Notes: a model not told the origin generated them from the sequence alone. Numbered from the stretch's first letter, positions 26,064-35,287 are shown. The stretch is 64,000 nt of DNA from Abditibacterium sp. (GCA_965199495.1 CBDASK010000003.1:1248001-1312000); one strand, 5' to 3'. Translations and numbers: made by a program.

Positions 26064-27057
26064 AAATAGCACCTCGAATTAACAAGTAATACGACGGAAA
26101 GATAAACGATAATAAGTAAGATAACCATTTACCCCCCCCCCCCCCCCCCGTCACATTATTATTACATAAAGCGCGAGTTTTCAAGGTTTCGTCTTCCATG
26201 CGTTTTTGTCCTAATTCGAGATATTCGCTTTCCAATTCAAAGCCGACGAAGCGGCGGCCCAGACGAGCAGCCACGGCGCCGGTGGTAGCGCTGCCGCAAA
26301 ACGGATCGAGAATTAAATCGCCGGGTTGGCTCGATGAGCGAATGATGCGGTCGAGCAAGATTTCAGGTTTTTGCGTGGGATGTTTGCCGAAGCGTTTTTC
26401 CCATTTCGCGGGCGCCGGAAGTTTCCAGACCGATTGCATTTGTTTGTCGCCGTTGTCGCGTTTCATGGCGGCGTAGTCGAAATAATGTTTGGCTTTGGGA
26501 GTTTTGCGCGCCCACAACAAAGTTTCGTGCGCGTGCGTGAAATAGCGACACGCCAGATGCGGCGGCGGATTGGTTTTGTGCCACGCGATGTCGTTGAGAA
26601 TTTTGAAGCCCAAAGTTTGCAGCGCGAAGCCGACGCTGAAAATGTTGTGATTGGTGCCCGAAACCCAGATCGCGCCGTTGGGCTTGAGCAGACGGTGACA
26701 CTCGCGCAGCCAGTTCATATTAAAAGCGTGAATCTGCTCGAAAGTCGCGGTTTTGTCCCACTCGCCTTTGTCCACCGAAACCATGCGCCCGTTTTGGCAG
26801 GTGATGCCGCCGCTCGACAGAAAATAGGGCGGATCGGCGAAAATCAAATCGAAGGTTTCGGCTTTAGCGCGGTGCAAAAGTTCGAGTGCGTCTCCCTGAT
26901 ACAAACGCAAGCCACGGCGCGCGTCGAGCCAATGCGGTTCGGGATTGTTTTGTGCGACGGCGGCTTTGATTTCGGGCGCGAGATTGGAATATGGCTCGAA
27001 TAGCGTGACGGAAAGTCCGAGATCGGGATGAATTTGGGTTTGGGGCGAATTGGGCAA
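26014..27057 (-). CDS. N6/N4 DNA methyltransferase, beta class (DpnA-like)
   Basis: FADPPYFLS, MVSVDKGEWD, WVSGT.HNI, HPTQKP, LDPFCGSATT; C-terminal tail contains the G18 tract. Confidence 0.9.
   Translation of the reverse strand: MPNSPQTQIHPDLGLSVTLFEPYSNLAPEIKAAVAQNNPEPHWLDARRGLRLYQGDALELLHRAKAETFDLIFADPPYFLSSGGITCQNGRMVSVDKGEWDKTATFEQIHAFNMNWLRECHRLLKPNGAIWVSGTNHNIFSVGFALQTLGFKILNDIAWHKTNPPPHLACRYFTHAHETLLWARKTPKAKHYFDYAAMKRDNGDKQMQSVWKLPAPAKWEKRFGKHPTQKPEILLDRIIRSSSQPGDLILDPFCGSATTGAVAARLGRRFVGFELESEYLELGQKRMEDETLKTRALCNNNVTGGGGGGKWLSYLLSFIFPSYYLLIRGAIYDARSSLETDCRVQFD
26132..26149. repeat. C18 (G18 on coding strand) homopolymer
   Basis: 18 consecutive C in AT-rich context within the methyltransferase 3' end. 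Confidence 0.9.
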
Positions 27058-27103
27058 GACGATCTGATCGTATCAGGATCGGGCGGGTTTGATCAAGGTT
27101 TGC

Positions 27104-27258
27104 ACAAACTCAATTGACCACAAAAACACAGAAATCACAAAAGGCACAAAAAAGACAAAAGGTTTTGAAGAACAATTTTCACTAAGAAAGTTCATCAAGC
27201 TATTTTGAATTTTTGTGCCTTTTGTGATTTCTGTGTTTTTGTGGTCGATTGAGTTTGT
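27104..27258. repeat. Palindromic element with 9-nt periodic arms (CACAGAG/CACAAAA family)
   Basis: ACAAACTCAATTGACCACAAAAACACAGAAATCACAAAAGGCACAAAA and its inverse. Confidence 0.85.
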
Positions 27259-27300
27259 CGTTCTCACCACGGCACAATGTTAGCTCAATTGTAATGTGCT

Positions 27301-27744
27301 ATGACACCTATTGACGTAATCGCTGGCCAACTCGACTGGGCCAACAAGAACATTTGCAACAACATTGACTTCATTCCCGAAGACAAATTTGGTTGGAAAC
27401 CCGCGCCGACCGCCAAATCGCCGCTCGAAATCGTGAAGCACATGACGCAAACGCTCAACATGATGACTTCGGGCGTAACTGGCGAACCGAAAAAAGATTT
27501 GCCAGAAGTCACCAACCGCGAAGAATCGAAACAACTCATCAACCAGATGATTCAAAATCACGTCGCGAAAATTCGTGGTTTGTCGGACGCGCAGATGCAA
27601 GGAACAGCGCATCTCGAAATCGGCGATTTCCCGATGGGCATGGCGGTCGGAATGCCAGTCATCGAGTGCATCAACCATCACGGCCAGTTCACCTATATCG
27701 AAACGTTGCTGGGCGACGACGAAAGTCATTTGCTGTTGAAGTGA
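27301..27744 (+). CDS. DinB/YfiT-like four-helix protein
   Basis: IPEDKFGWKP...SPLEIVKH, INHHGQFTY. Confidence 0.75.
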   Translation: MTPIDVIAGQLDWANKNICNNIDFIPEDKFGWKPAPTAKSPLEIVKHMTQTLNMMTSGVTGEPKKDLPEVTNREESKQLINQMIQNHVAKIRGLSDAQMQGTAHLEIGDFPMGMAVGMPVIECINHHGQFTYIETLLGDDESHLLLK

Positions 27745-27757
27745 GTTTGTATCAATG

Positions 27758-27796
27758 AAAAAGCGCGCGAACCGATTTGGGTTCGCGCGCTTTTTT
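27758..27796. terminator. Bidirectional intrinsic terminator
   Basis: A5-GCGCGCGAACC-loop-GGTTCGCGCGC-T6 between convergent genes. Confidence 0.85.
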
Positions 27797-27808
27797 GTGT
27801 TTCAATTT

Positions 27809-29137
27809 TTATTTCAGGTTGAGTTGGTCTACGATGCGAAAACCCGGCGCGCTTTTACGCGCGATTGCGATGGCCAGGTCTCTCTGCGCCTTAGTTTTCG
27901 TCGTGCCACGCAGAACGACAGTTTTATTGTCGAGCGTTGTATCAACATTAATCTGTGAACCGCGCAACGCGGCATTCGCGGCCAAAGCGGTTTTAATTCT
28001 GGGCGTCACAACTGCCGCGTTTGCCGAGTTGCCATTGAATTTGCGTTTGCCGAAATCAAACGGCGGCGCGAATTGGTCGCTCAGAGCGCGGATGCGAAGC
28101 CAATCGGTTTCGCGTTCGCGCTTGACGTGGCCGTCGAGATAAGCCACGGCGCGCGTGCCATCGGGCGCGGGCGAGGCTTCGTAGAAAGCGACGATTTGTG
28201 AGACAGCATCAAGGCTTGCCAGAGCGCGTCCCGATAGGTTGAGATTGGGCCGATAAATCTCGCGCGTCGTTGGGTGCGCGAAAAGTTCTTGAGCTTTCAT
28301 ATACGGCCCCAAGACCTGTTGAACAGTGCCCTGATTCATTCCATAGACATCTACCTTTTTGATGTCAGCCATGCTTTGCGACGAGCGCATCGGCGGCAAT
28401 TTTTCGTCGTAATCTTGCGTATATTGCAGCAACGCCAGACCGATTTGTTTGAGATCGGAATCCACGCGACGATTGATGGCATCGCCGGTCAACTGCGCGC
28501 GCGCGGCTAACGCTTGTTTGTCCGCGCGCACTTTATCGGTTTCTGTGACGACTTTAATTAAATCGGTTTTCGGCTCGAACGCGCGAATATCGCCCAAACC
28601 GTCAATTGTGCGCACGTTGAGCAAACACAAATGGAGAGTTTGCGTCGAGAACAGGTGCAAATATCCGTCTGTCGCCTCCGAATCTTCAAATGATTCTGAC
28701 AAGAGATACTGGTCTGGATTTGTCGAATTAGTCGCGACATCCACATCGCTGGCATTTTCAATGGCGCTGTAAGGTGGACGATTAAAAAGGCGCGTGCGAT
28801 AAGTGACCAGAAAAGTTTCGTCGCCAACCGTGAGCGTTTCACCTTGCGTCAGATAAGAATAAGCATTGCCATCTTCGCTTGCTTCGGACGCAAATTTAAA
28901 GTTGGTATCGAGCGATTTACTGATTTTAAACCGCCGCCAACTCCCATCCAATTCTTGCGTCGAAAGTGTGAGCGGCGTATTTCCGTTCGCCAACGCCGCT
29001 TGCAACGGCGCCGTGGCTGCATTGTCGGCGGCGGCACCGAAAGCGGCGTTTTGCGCCCAAACCGGCGCGACAAAAGAAAGTCCGGCGCCCAACAAAAGTG
29101 TGGAGCGCGCGGCGCTGGTGCGAGTGAGAAATAACAC
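27809..29137 (-). CDS. Secreted protein with DUF1559-like domain and C-terminal BON domain
   Basis: Signal peptide ending VWA-Q; SDLKQIGLALLQYTQDYDEKLP; AYLDGHVK; ALRGSQINVDT...VVLRG...IVDQL. Confidence 0.7.
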   Translation of the reverse strand: MLFLTRTSAARSTLLLGAGLSFVAPVWAQNAAFGAAADNAATAPLQAALANGNTPLTLSTQELDGSWRRFKISKSLDTNFKFASEASEDGNAYSYLTQGETLTVGDETFLVTYRTRLFNRPPYSAIENASDVDVATNSTNPDQYLLSESFEDSEATDGYLHLFSTQTLHLCLLNVRTIDGLGDIRAFEPKTDLIKVVTETDKVRADKQALAARAQLTGDAINRRVDSDLKQIGLALLQYTQDYDEKLPPMRSSQSMADIKKVDVYGMNQGTVQQVLGPYMKAQELFAHPTTREIYRPNLNLSGRALASLDAVSQIVAFYEASPAPDGTRAVAYLDGHVKRERETDWLRIRALSDQFAPPFDFGKRKFNGNSANAAVVTPRIKTALAANAALRGSQINVDTTLDNKTVVLRGTTKTKAQRDLAIAIARKSAPGFRIVDQLNLK

Positions 29138-29170
29138 ACCAATTATTTTATTTGTTTATAAAAGAGTGCG

Positions 29171-29635
29171 TCAGGGAATTTCGACGCGCAAAACATCTTT
29201 CGACGGCAACGTTCCCGCGTGCGTGGCGATACGTTTGAAGCGTTTGTAGCGAATCGAATAATACGGCACGCCGTTGCGCGGCGCGTAATAATAAGCCAGC
29301 TTTTTGAATTCGGCGGCACTCGCGCGCCACACTTCGCCGTCGTCCACTGCGCTGAGAAATACGCCCCACACTTCGCCGACGCGTTCGAGCGATTTGGCCG
29401 AAACCTGAATCGGCGCCTGATAGCTTTTGGCGCACTTGATAATTATGGGCGTGCGCTCCCACATTCCTTCGTTGATGGCGCGATTGCGGCTCATCTTGAC
29501 GCCATAACGCCGCCCGACCAAACGCGCCAACCGTCGCCCCCACATCGTCGGCGCCTGATTCACCTCAGCATCGCGAATGCGCTCGGCGGTTGCATTGACA
29601 GAATTAAGCGAGCGTTTGGCAAGTTCGTCGGACAT
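29171..29635 (-). CDS. Hypothetical basic protein
   Basis: 154-aa ORF co-directional with its neighbours; no recognised motif. Confidence 0.55.
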   Translation of the reverse strand: MSDELAKRSLNSVNATAERIRDAEVNQAPTMWGRRLARLVGRRYGVKMSRNRAINEGMWERTPIIIKCAKSYQAPIQVSAKSLERVGEVWGVFLSAVDDGEVWRASAAEFKKLAYYYAPRNGVPYYSIRYKRFKRIATHAGTLPSKDVLRVEIP

Positions 29636-29665
29636 AATAATTTTAGCGGCGCTCTCAATTATAAT

Positions 29666-30181
29666 TCAATCAGCAGCTTTCTCGAAATGGTGATAATCAA
29701 GCAAACTCGTCCAGCGCCCGCCCCACTGCCAACCATGTTTTTCAAAGGCGCGCACCACGATTCTGTCAGCTAACAACGTGCCCGGCGTGGCTTCATCGTA
29801 GCGCGCGCCCGACGGCAAAATTAAATCGCTGTTGATATACGGATTTTGTCGCGGATTGATGTCAACCGCGCAGCCTTGGGCGTGCGCCGAAAGCTCGGTT
29901 TTGCCGACTTTGACGCGATAATTAAATCCGCTGCAATTGTTGGCTTCCATTGAAGCGTCGTCGCTCCAATTATAAACAACGAGCGGCACAATTTGCGCGA
30001 TAGGAAAACCGTAAATTTCGGCAAATATCGCGGCCACATCAGCAGCCACGTCGCGGGCAACGACGATTTGGCCGATTTGATTTGCGCCCTCGAAATCAAC
30101 GAACGGCACATCGAGCAAGGTTTGATTCGACAGGATTTCCGGCGGCGCGGCGCTTCCTTTTAAGGCTTCATCTAACGTCAT
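29666..30181 (-). CDS. M15 family metallopeptidase
   Basis: FNYR, SAHAQGCAVDINP, WGGRW..DYHHFE. Confidence 0.85.
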   Translation of the reverse strand: MTLDEALKGSAAPPEILSNQTLLDVPFVDFEGANQIGQIVVARDVAADVAAIFAEIYGFPIAQIVPLVVYNWSDDASMEANNCSGFNYRVKVGKTELSAHAQGCAVDINPRQNPYINSDLILPSGARYDEATPGTLLADRIVVRAFEKHGWQWGGRWTSLLDYHHFEKAAD

Positions 30182-30202
30182 GGCTTAGTTTTACAGCATC
30201 TC

Positions 30203-30297
30203 GTAGAGACACCGATTTATCGCGTCTAAAACGTCAATGAACCCGCGAACTCAACAGCAATTCTCCTGTTTTAGACGCGATAAATCGGCGTCTCTAC
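30203..30297. repeat. GTAG-type REP doublet, family A
   Basis: GTAGAGACACCGATTTATCGCGTCTAAAAC ... GTTTTAGACGCGATAAATCGGCGTCTCTAC. Confidence 0.9.
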
Positions 30298-30965
30298 GAA
30301 GTTTGCGGCAAATCTTGGAGCGCCGCCAATGCCGCCGCTTCTTCGGCAGATTTTTTGGAGTTGCCCTGCCCACGCCCGCGTTTTTCGTCCATCAGAAAAA
30401 CTTCGCTCGAAAAAAAGTGACGCTTGGGCGAAACCTGCGCGGTTTGGTAAGTCGGCGTGCCCAAACCCATCGCCTGCGAGCGTTCCTGTAACAAACTTTT
30501 GGCCGGAACCAGCGAGGCCGGATCGGTATGAAGTTCTGGCTCTAAAACCTTCAAGACAAAAGCGCGCGTCGTTTCCCAACCGTTGGCGAGGAACAGCGCG
30601 CCTACCAAGGCTTCAAACGCATCGGACAAATTGGATTCGCGATTGGCGCCGCCCGCCGGGCCTTCGCCGCGCCCAAATGTTAAATGCGACCCCAAATCAA
30701 TGCGCCGCGCCGCGTTGGCCAGAGCATCGCGCCGCACGCACGCGATTTTGCGCGCCGTCAGTTCGCCTTCGGGCAACTGCGATTCGGATTGGTAGAAATA
30801 CGACGCGACGATGGCGCCAACCAACGAATCGCCCAAAAATTCCAAGCGCTGATTCGATTTCAAAGTGCGTTCCAAACCTTCGCCGACCGCCGAGGGATGC
30901 GTCAAAGCCAAATCGAGCAAATCGTCGGGAATGCTGAGGCCGAGGAGCGCGAGGAGCGGGTGCAT
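30294..30965 (-). CDS. rnc: Ribonuclease III
   Basis: ALTHPS, NQRLEFLGD, SDAFEALVGALF, dsRBD GNSKKSAEEAAA. Confidence 0.95.
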   Translation of the reverse strand: MHPLLALLGLSIPDDLLDLALTHPSAVGEGLERTLKSNQRLEFLGDSLVGAIVASYFYQSESQLPEGELTARKIACVRRDALANAARRIDLGSHLTFGRGEGPAGGANRESNLSDAFEALVGALFLANGWETTRAFVLKVLEPELHTDPASLVPAKSLLQERSQAMGLGTPTYQTAQVSPKRHFFSSEVFLMDEKRGRGQGNSKKSAEEAAALAALQDLPQTS

Positions 30966-30969
30966 ATAT

Positions 30970-31090
30970 CAGGAACAAGGAGCAAGGGACAGGGAACAAG
31001 GAGTTGTAGCAAGTGAAACGTTAGGGAAAGAACTCGCCTTTCAATCTCTTTACTCTCCCTTGTCTCTTGCTTCTTGCCACTTGTTCCCTA
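30970..31090. repeat. Heptamer-periodic inverted repeat (GGAACAA family)
   Basis: AGGAACAAGGAGCAAGGGACAGGGAACAAGG ... CCTTGTCTCTTGCTTCTTGCCACTTGTTCCCT. Confidence 0.7.
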
Positions 31091-32335
31091 CTCGCCCGTC
31101 CAACGCTTCAACACCAGAGCGGCGTAGTGCCCGCCAAAGCCGGTCGCGTTATTCACGACGACATTGATATTGCCTTCGCGCGCCTCGTTGGGCACGTAAT
31201 CCAAATCGCAGTCGGCGTCGTGGTTGAACTGATTGATCGTCGGCGGCAAAATTTGGGTTTGCATCGCTTTGACGCACGCGATAGTTTCAATGGCGCTGGT
31301 GCCGCCCAACGCGTGGCCGATTTGCGATTTGGTGCTCGAAACCGGGATTTTGTAGGCGCGGTCGCCAAACACGTTTTTAATCGCCAATGTCTCGACCGGA
31401 TCGTTGGTCGGCGTCGAAGTGCCGTGCGCGTTGATATAATCCACCTTATCGCGTTCGATACCGGAATTAGCTAACGCCATTTCCATGCAGCGCGTGTAGC
31501 CCGAACCGTCTTCGCGCATGCCGGTCATGTGATAGGCTTCGCCCGCCCAGCCGTGGCCGAGCATTTCGCCGTAAATTGTGGCGCCGCGAGCCTTGGCGTG
31601 TTCGAGTTCTTCCAAAATCAACGCGCCGCCGCCCTCGCCGATAACGAAGCCATCGCGGTCACGGTCGAAAGGACGTGAGGCGGTTTTGTAATCGTCGTTG
31701 CGGCGCGAGAGCGCGCGCATATTGGCGAAACCAGCCACGCCCAAATGAGTAATCGGCGCTTCGCTGCCGCCCGCGATCATCGCGTCGGCCTGACCGTTGA
31801 CGATGAACTCGTAGGCCGCGCCCAAAGCGTGCGCCGACGAAGTGCAGGCCGAGACGGTGGCTGTATTGGGGCCGCGCGCGCCGGTGCGAATCGAAACGTG
31901 ACCGGCGGCCATGTTGGGAATCATCATCGGAATTAGAAGCGGCGAAACGCGGTCGGGGCCACCGGCGATGAAGCGTTGGTATTGGTCTTCCCACGTCTGC
32001 AAACCGCCAACGCCAACGCCGATAATGGTGCCGACGCGACTGGCGTTTGCTTCGGTGATAACCAGACCGGAATTGGCCAGCGCCTCTTCCGAAGCGACGA
32101 CCGCGAACTGCGTAAAGCGATCCATGCGCTTGGCCTCGCGTTTGTCAATGGTGGCGAGCGGATCGAATTCGGTGATTTCGCCCGCGAATTTGACCGAATG
32201 CCGCTCGGTATCAATCAACGTAATTGGCTTGACGCCATTTTTGCCGTTGATGACGCCATCCCAAAACGCGTCCACGCCGATACCAATCGCCGTGACCGCG
32301 CCCATGCCCGTGACAACTACCCTGCGCTTGTTCAT
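31088..32335 (-). CDS. fabF: 3-oxoacyl-ACP synthase II
   Basis: RRVVVTGMG, SACTSS, INAHGTST, KSQIGHALG, GFGG; ATG 32335. Confidence 0.95.
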   Translation of the reverse strand: MNKRRVVVTGMGAVTAIGIGVDAFWDGVINGKNGVKPITLIDTERHSVKFAGEITEFDPLATIDKREAKRMDRFTQFAVVASEEALANSGLVITEANASRVGTIIGVGVGGLQTWEDQYQRFIAGGPDRVSPLLIPMMIPNMAAGHVSIRTGARGPNTATVSACTSSAHALGAAYEFIVNGQADAMIAGGSEAPITHLGVAGFANMRALSRRNDDYKTASRPFDRDRDGFVIGEGGGALILEELEHAKARGATIYGEMLGHGWAGEAYHMTGMREDGSGYTRCMEMALANSGIERDKVDYINAHGTSTPTNDPVETLAIKNVFGDRAYKIPVSSTKSQIGHALGGTSAIETIACVKAMQTQILPPTINQFNHDADCDLDYVPNEAREGNINVVVNNATGFGGHYAALVLKRWTGE

Positions 32336-32344
32336 GTTTGTAAG

Positions 32345-32482
32345 GAGCAGGGAACAAGGAACAAGGAGCAAGGAGGATGTTGGTCGCTTTAACTCCGCAG
32401 CTTACGCCGACTAAAAAGCCGAATTTTGCTGTGTAAGTTAGAGTGCCAACCCTTGTCCCTTGTTCCCTGTTCCTTGTTCCCT
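32345..32482. repeat. Heptamer-periodic inverted repeat (GGAACAA family)
   Basis: GGGAACAAGGAACAAGGAGCAAGG ... CCTTGTCCCTTGTTCCCTGTTCCTTGTTCCC. Confidence 0.75.
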
Positions 32483-32489
32483 AACGAAA

Positions 32490-32729
32490 TTAGTCTTCTT
32501 TCTTGTTTTCGATGTAGGAAACGGCATCGCCGACGGTGACGATTTTTTCGGCGTCTTCATCGGGGATTTCGATTTCAAACGCTTCTTCAAAACGCATCAC
32601 CAGTTCGACAACGTCGAGCGAATCGGCGCCCAAATCTTCGATGAAGCGCGCGGGCGGGTTCACGATACCCGCGTCAACCGACAGTTCGTCGGACACAATT
32701 TCTTTGACTTGATCGGCAATGTTAGCCAT
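32490..32729 (-). CDS. acpP: Acyl carrier protein
   Basis: [29 protein letters not shown]. Confidence 0.97.
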   Translation of the reverse strand: MANIADQVKEIVSDELSVDAGIVNPPARFIEDLGADSLDVVELVMRFEEAFEIEIPDEDAEKIVTVGDAVSYIENKKED

Positions 32730-32867
32730 AATTTTTATTCCTCCAGAGAATTGAAACTCGGCGCCTTGGAGAGAACGCGAGTTGTGCTTGTCCTTTCATG
32801 CGCGACGCATTTACGTCACCTTTTAAGAGTGACAGAGCCGCGCCCGCGCGACAAGCGCCAAAACAAC

Positions 32868-33608
32868 TTATTCCATTACCAGCCCGCCGTCAACGTTAAA
32901 CGTCTGTCCGGTGATATAACGCGCCCGCGCGCTCGCCAGAAATAACGCCAATTCCGCCACATCGTCGGCTTCGCCCAAGCAACCCAGCGGAATCTGTTCC
33001 AACAACGCCGCTTTGTTTTCCTCGCCTAACTCCGCCGTCATATCGGTCGCGATAAATCCCGGCGCAATCGCGTTGCAAGTAATGGCCCGCGAACCCAATT
33101 CTTTGGCAATACTTTTAGTAAAACCAATCAAACCCGCCTTGGACGCCGCGTAATTGGCCTGCCCCGCGTTGCCCATCTGCCCAATCACCGAAGTGATATT
33201 GATGATGCGCCCATAATCCGCCTTGAGCATCGGACGCGCCGCCGCTTTGGTGCAATAAAACGCGCCGCTCAAATTCACGTCAATTACGCTTTGCCACTGT
33301 TCGAGTTTCATGCGCAAGAGCAAACCATCGGCGTTGATGCCCGCGTTGTTGACCAAAATGTTCAAGCCGCCCATTTCTTTGACGGCGTTTTTGAAGCCCT
33401 CTTCCACCGCGCCCGCATCAGCCACGTCGAGGGCAAGCGGGAGAGCGCGACGGCCCAACGCACGAATTTCGTCGGCCAATTCGACCGGTTCACTGCGAGC
33501 GATTAACACGCAATCGGCGCCGTTCTGCGCCAATTTGAGCGCGATGGCACGACCAATGCCGCGCCGCGCGCCGGTGATAAATGCGATTTTATTTTCGAGT
33601 TCGAGCAT
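32868..33608 (-). CDS. fabG: 3-oxoacyl-ACP reductase
   Basis: TGARRGIG, NNAGI, NYAASKAG, NVDGG. Confidence 0.95.
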   Translation of the reverse strand: MLELENKIAFITGARRGIGRAIALKLAQNGADCVLIARSEPVELADEIRALGRRALPLALDVADAGAVEEGFKNAVKEMGGLNILVNNAGINADGLLLRMKLEQWQSVIDVNLSGAFYCTKAAARPMLKADYGRIINITSVIGQMGNAGQANYAASKAGLIGFTKSIAKELGSRAITCNAIAPGFIATDMTAELGEENKAALLEQIPLGCLGEADDVAELALFLASARARYITGQTFNVDGGLVME

Positions 33609-33618
33609 AATTATTGAA

Positions 33619-33674
33619 GTAGGGGCGGGAAAACCCCGCCCAAAACATAACGGGCGGGAAGACCCCGCCCCTAC
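33619..33674. repeat. GTAG-type REP doublet, family B
   Basis: GTAGGGGCGGGAAAACCCCGCCC ... GGGCGGGAAGACCCCGCCCCTAC. Confidence 0.85.
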
Positions 33675-33686
33675 GGTTTACAGGTC

Positions 33687-34562
33687 TCACAGATTCCGCG
33701 TTTCCACCGATTTATCAATGCGCTTGACCAAGCCCGTCAGCACTTTGCCCGGCCCCAATTCGATGAATTCGTCGGCGCCCGCCTCAATCATATTGGCGAT
33801 AGTTTCGCTCCAACGCACCGCGCCGGTCATCTGGCCTTTGAGCGCCGCCTTCGCCGTGGCTGCATCGTGGGTGCCGCTCGCTGTCGTGTTTTGAAATATT
33901 GGAATGCGCGCTTCCTCAAACGGCGCGGCGTTAATCAACTCGCTCATTTCGGCGCCCGCCTCGGCCATTAGCGGCGAATGAAAGGCGCCCGAAACCGGCA
34001 ATTTCACCGCCATTTTCGCGCCCTGATTTTTCGCCTCTGTCATCGCCAAATCAATGGCGGCGGGCGCGCCCGAAACCACGACTTGGCCGGGACTATTATA
34101 ATTCGCCGCCACAATTGCGCCCTGCGCGCTCGCGCTTTGTAAAACGCCTTCGAGTTTATCGTCGGCCAACCCGATTAAAGCCGCCATCGCGCCCGCAGGC
34201 GCCTGCGCCATCAATTCGGCGCGGCGCTTGACCAACTTGAGCGCCGCTTCAAAACTCAGCGCGCCCGCAGCCACGAGCGCCGTATATTCGCCCAGCGAAT
34301 GGCCCGCCGTCATTGCGGCGTCGAATTCCGATTTATGCGCCTCGAAATGCAACACGCCGATAGTTAAAAGCGCGGGTTGCGCGTGCAGTGTGTTTTTCAG
34401 TTCGTCGTCGGGGCCGTCGAAACAGAGGGCGCGTAAATCGTAGCCCAACACATCATTGGCGGTTTGCCAGACGGCGTCCGCGCCCCCGAACGCCGCCGAA
34501 ATTTCGCGGCCCATGCCGACAATTTGGCTGCCCTGTCCGGGGAAAAGTATTGCTGTTGACAT
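33687..34562 (-). CDS. fabD: Malonyl-CoA:ACP transacylase
   Basis: FPGQGSQ, GHSLGEY, VSGAFHS, ELGPGKVL. Confidence 0.95.
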   Translation of the reverse strand: MSTAILFPGQGSQIVGMGREISAAFGGADAVWQTANDVLGYDLRALCFDGPDDELKNTLHAQPALLTIGVLHFEAHKSEFDAAMTAGHSLGEYTALVAAGALSFEAALKLVKRRAELMAQAPAGAMAALIGLADDKLEGVLQSASAQGAIVAANYNSPGQVVVSGAPAAIDLAMTEAKNQGAKMAVKLPVSGAFHSPLMAEAGAEMSELINAAPFEEARIPIFQNTTASGTHDAATAKAALKGQMTGAVRWSETIANMIEAGADEFIELGPGKVLTGLVKRIDKSVETRNL

Positions 34563-34578
34563 AAATTTATTAATTTTG

Positions 34579-34706
34579 AATTAGCCACAGAGTTCACAGA
34601 GGAACACAGAGGGAACGAAGAACTTAAAAGGAAGACGAAATCGCTTTCTTTTTCTGTTAATTTTCTTCGTTCTCTCTGTGTTCCTCTGTGAACTCTGTGG
34701 CTAATT
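34579..34706. repeat. Palindromic element with 9-nt periodic arms (CACAGAG family)
   Basis: AATTAGCCACAGAGTTCACAGAGGAACACAGAG ... CTCTGTGTTCCTCTGTGAACTCTGTGGCTAATT. Confidence 0.9.
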
Positions 34707-34711
34707 TTATT

Positions 34712-35287
34712 TTATTTCTTACTCGCCAAAACCGCGTAATGATACGGCCCAATATCGCGCGTATCGTCAACCACAAATCCGGCTTTCTCCGCAAAGTCGC
34801 GCACATTTTCGGGCGACAAACGATAATCGGCGCGCGGCCCCGGTTCGTCTTCGCCGACGCCCGGTTTCCACTCGATGACGATGAGACGCCCGCCGCTTTT
34901 CAACACGCGATTGGCTTCGCGCAGATGAGCCACCGGGTCGCTGCATTCGTGCAAAACGTTGGCGTGAAACACGACATCCACTTCAGCGTCGTCCAAGTCG
35001 AACTCATTTTCGGCGCACGGCAAAACCAGAATGCGCTCGTAGTTTTGGCAATGCGTTTCCAAAATTTGCAGCATCGCCGTCTGAGTATCGAGTGCGTAAA
35101 CCATGCCGCGTGGCCGCACAGCGCGTTCGAGATCGAAGGTGAACCAGCCGTTGCCGCAACCAATTTCGGCCACGCGCGAACCGGGCGCGATCTCGACCGC
35201 CGCCACGATTTCGGCGGGATTATTCCAGCGCAGACGGTCTTCGCTCCGCAAAATCGCGGCTTTGTTGGGATCAAATAATTTGGACAT
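34712..35287 (-). CDS. Class I SAM-dependent methyltransferase
   Basis: VAEIGCGNG, VYALD, NVLHE, RVLKSGGRL; ATG 35287. Confidence 0.85.
   Translation of the reverse strand: MSKLFDPNKAAILRSEDRLRWNNPAEIVAAVEIAPGSRVAEIGCGNGWFTFDLERAVRPRGMVYALDTQTAMLQILETHCQNYERILVLPCAENEFDLDDAEVDVVFHANVLHECSDPVAHLREANRVLKSGGRLIVIEWKPGVGEDEPGPRADYRLSPENVRDFAEKAGFVVDDTRDIGPYHYAVLASKK

Noticed and set aside
24798..27057. Slippage-dependent methyltransferase-nuclease fusion
   Set aside because: An in-frame TAA at 26081-26079 precedes the nuclease start, so no tract length gives a fusion.
27073..27270. Short ORFs within CACAGAG-type palindromes (also 56728-57003, 57964-58314, 59346-59630)
   Set aside because: Low-complexity translations of repeats or shadows of neighbouring genes.
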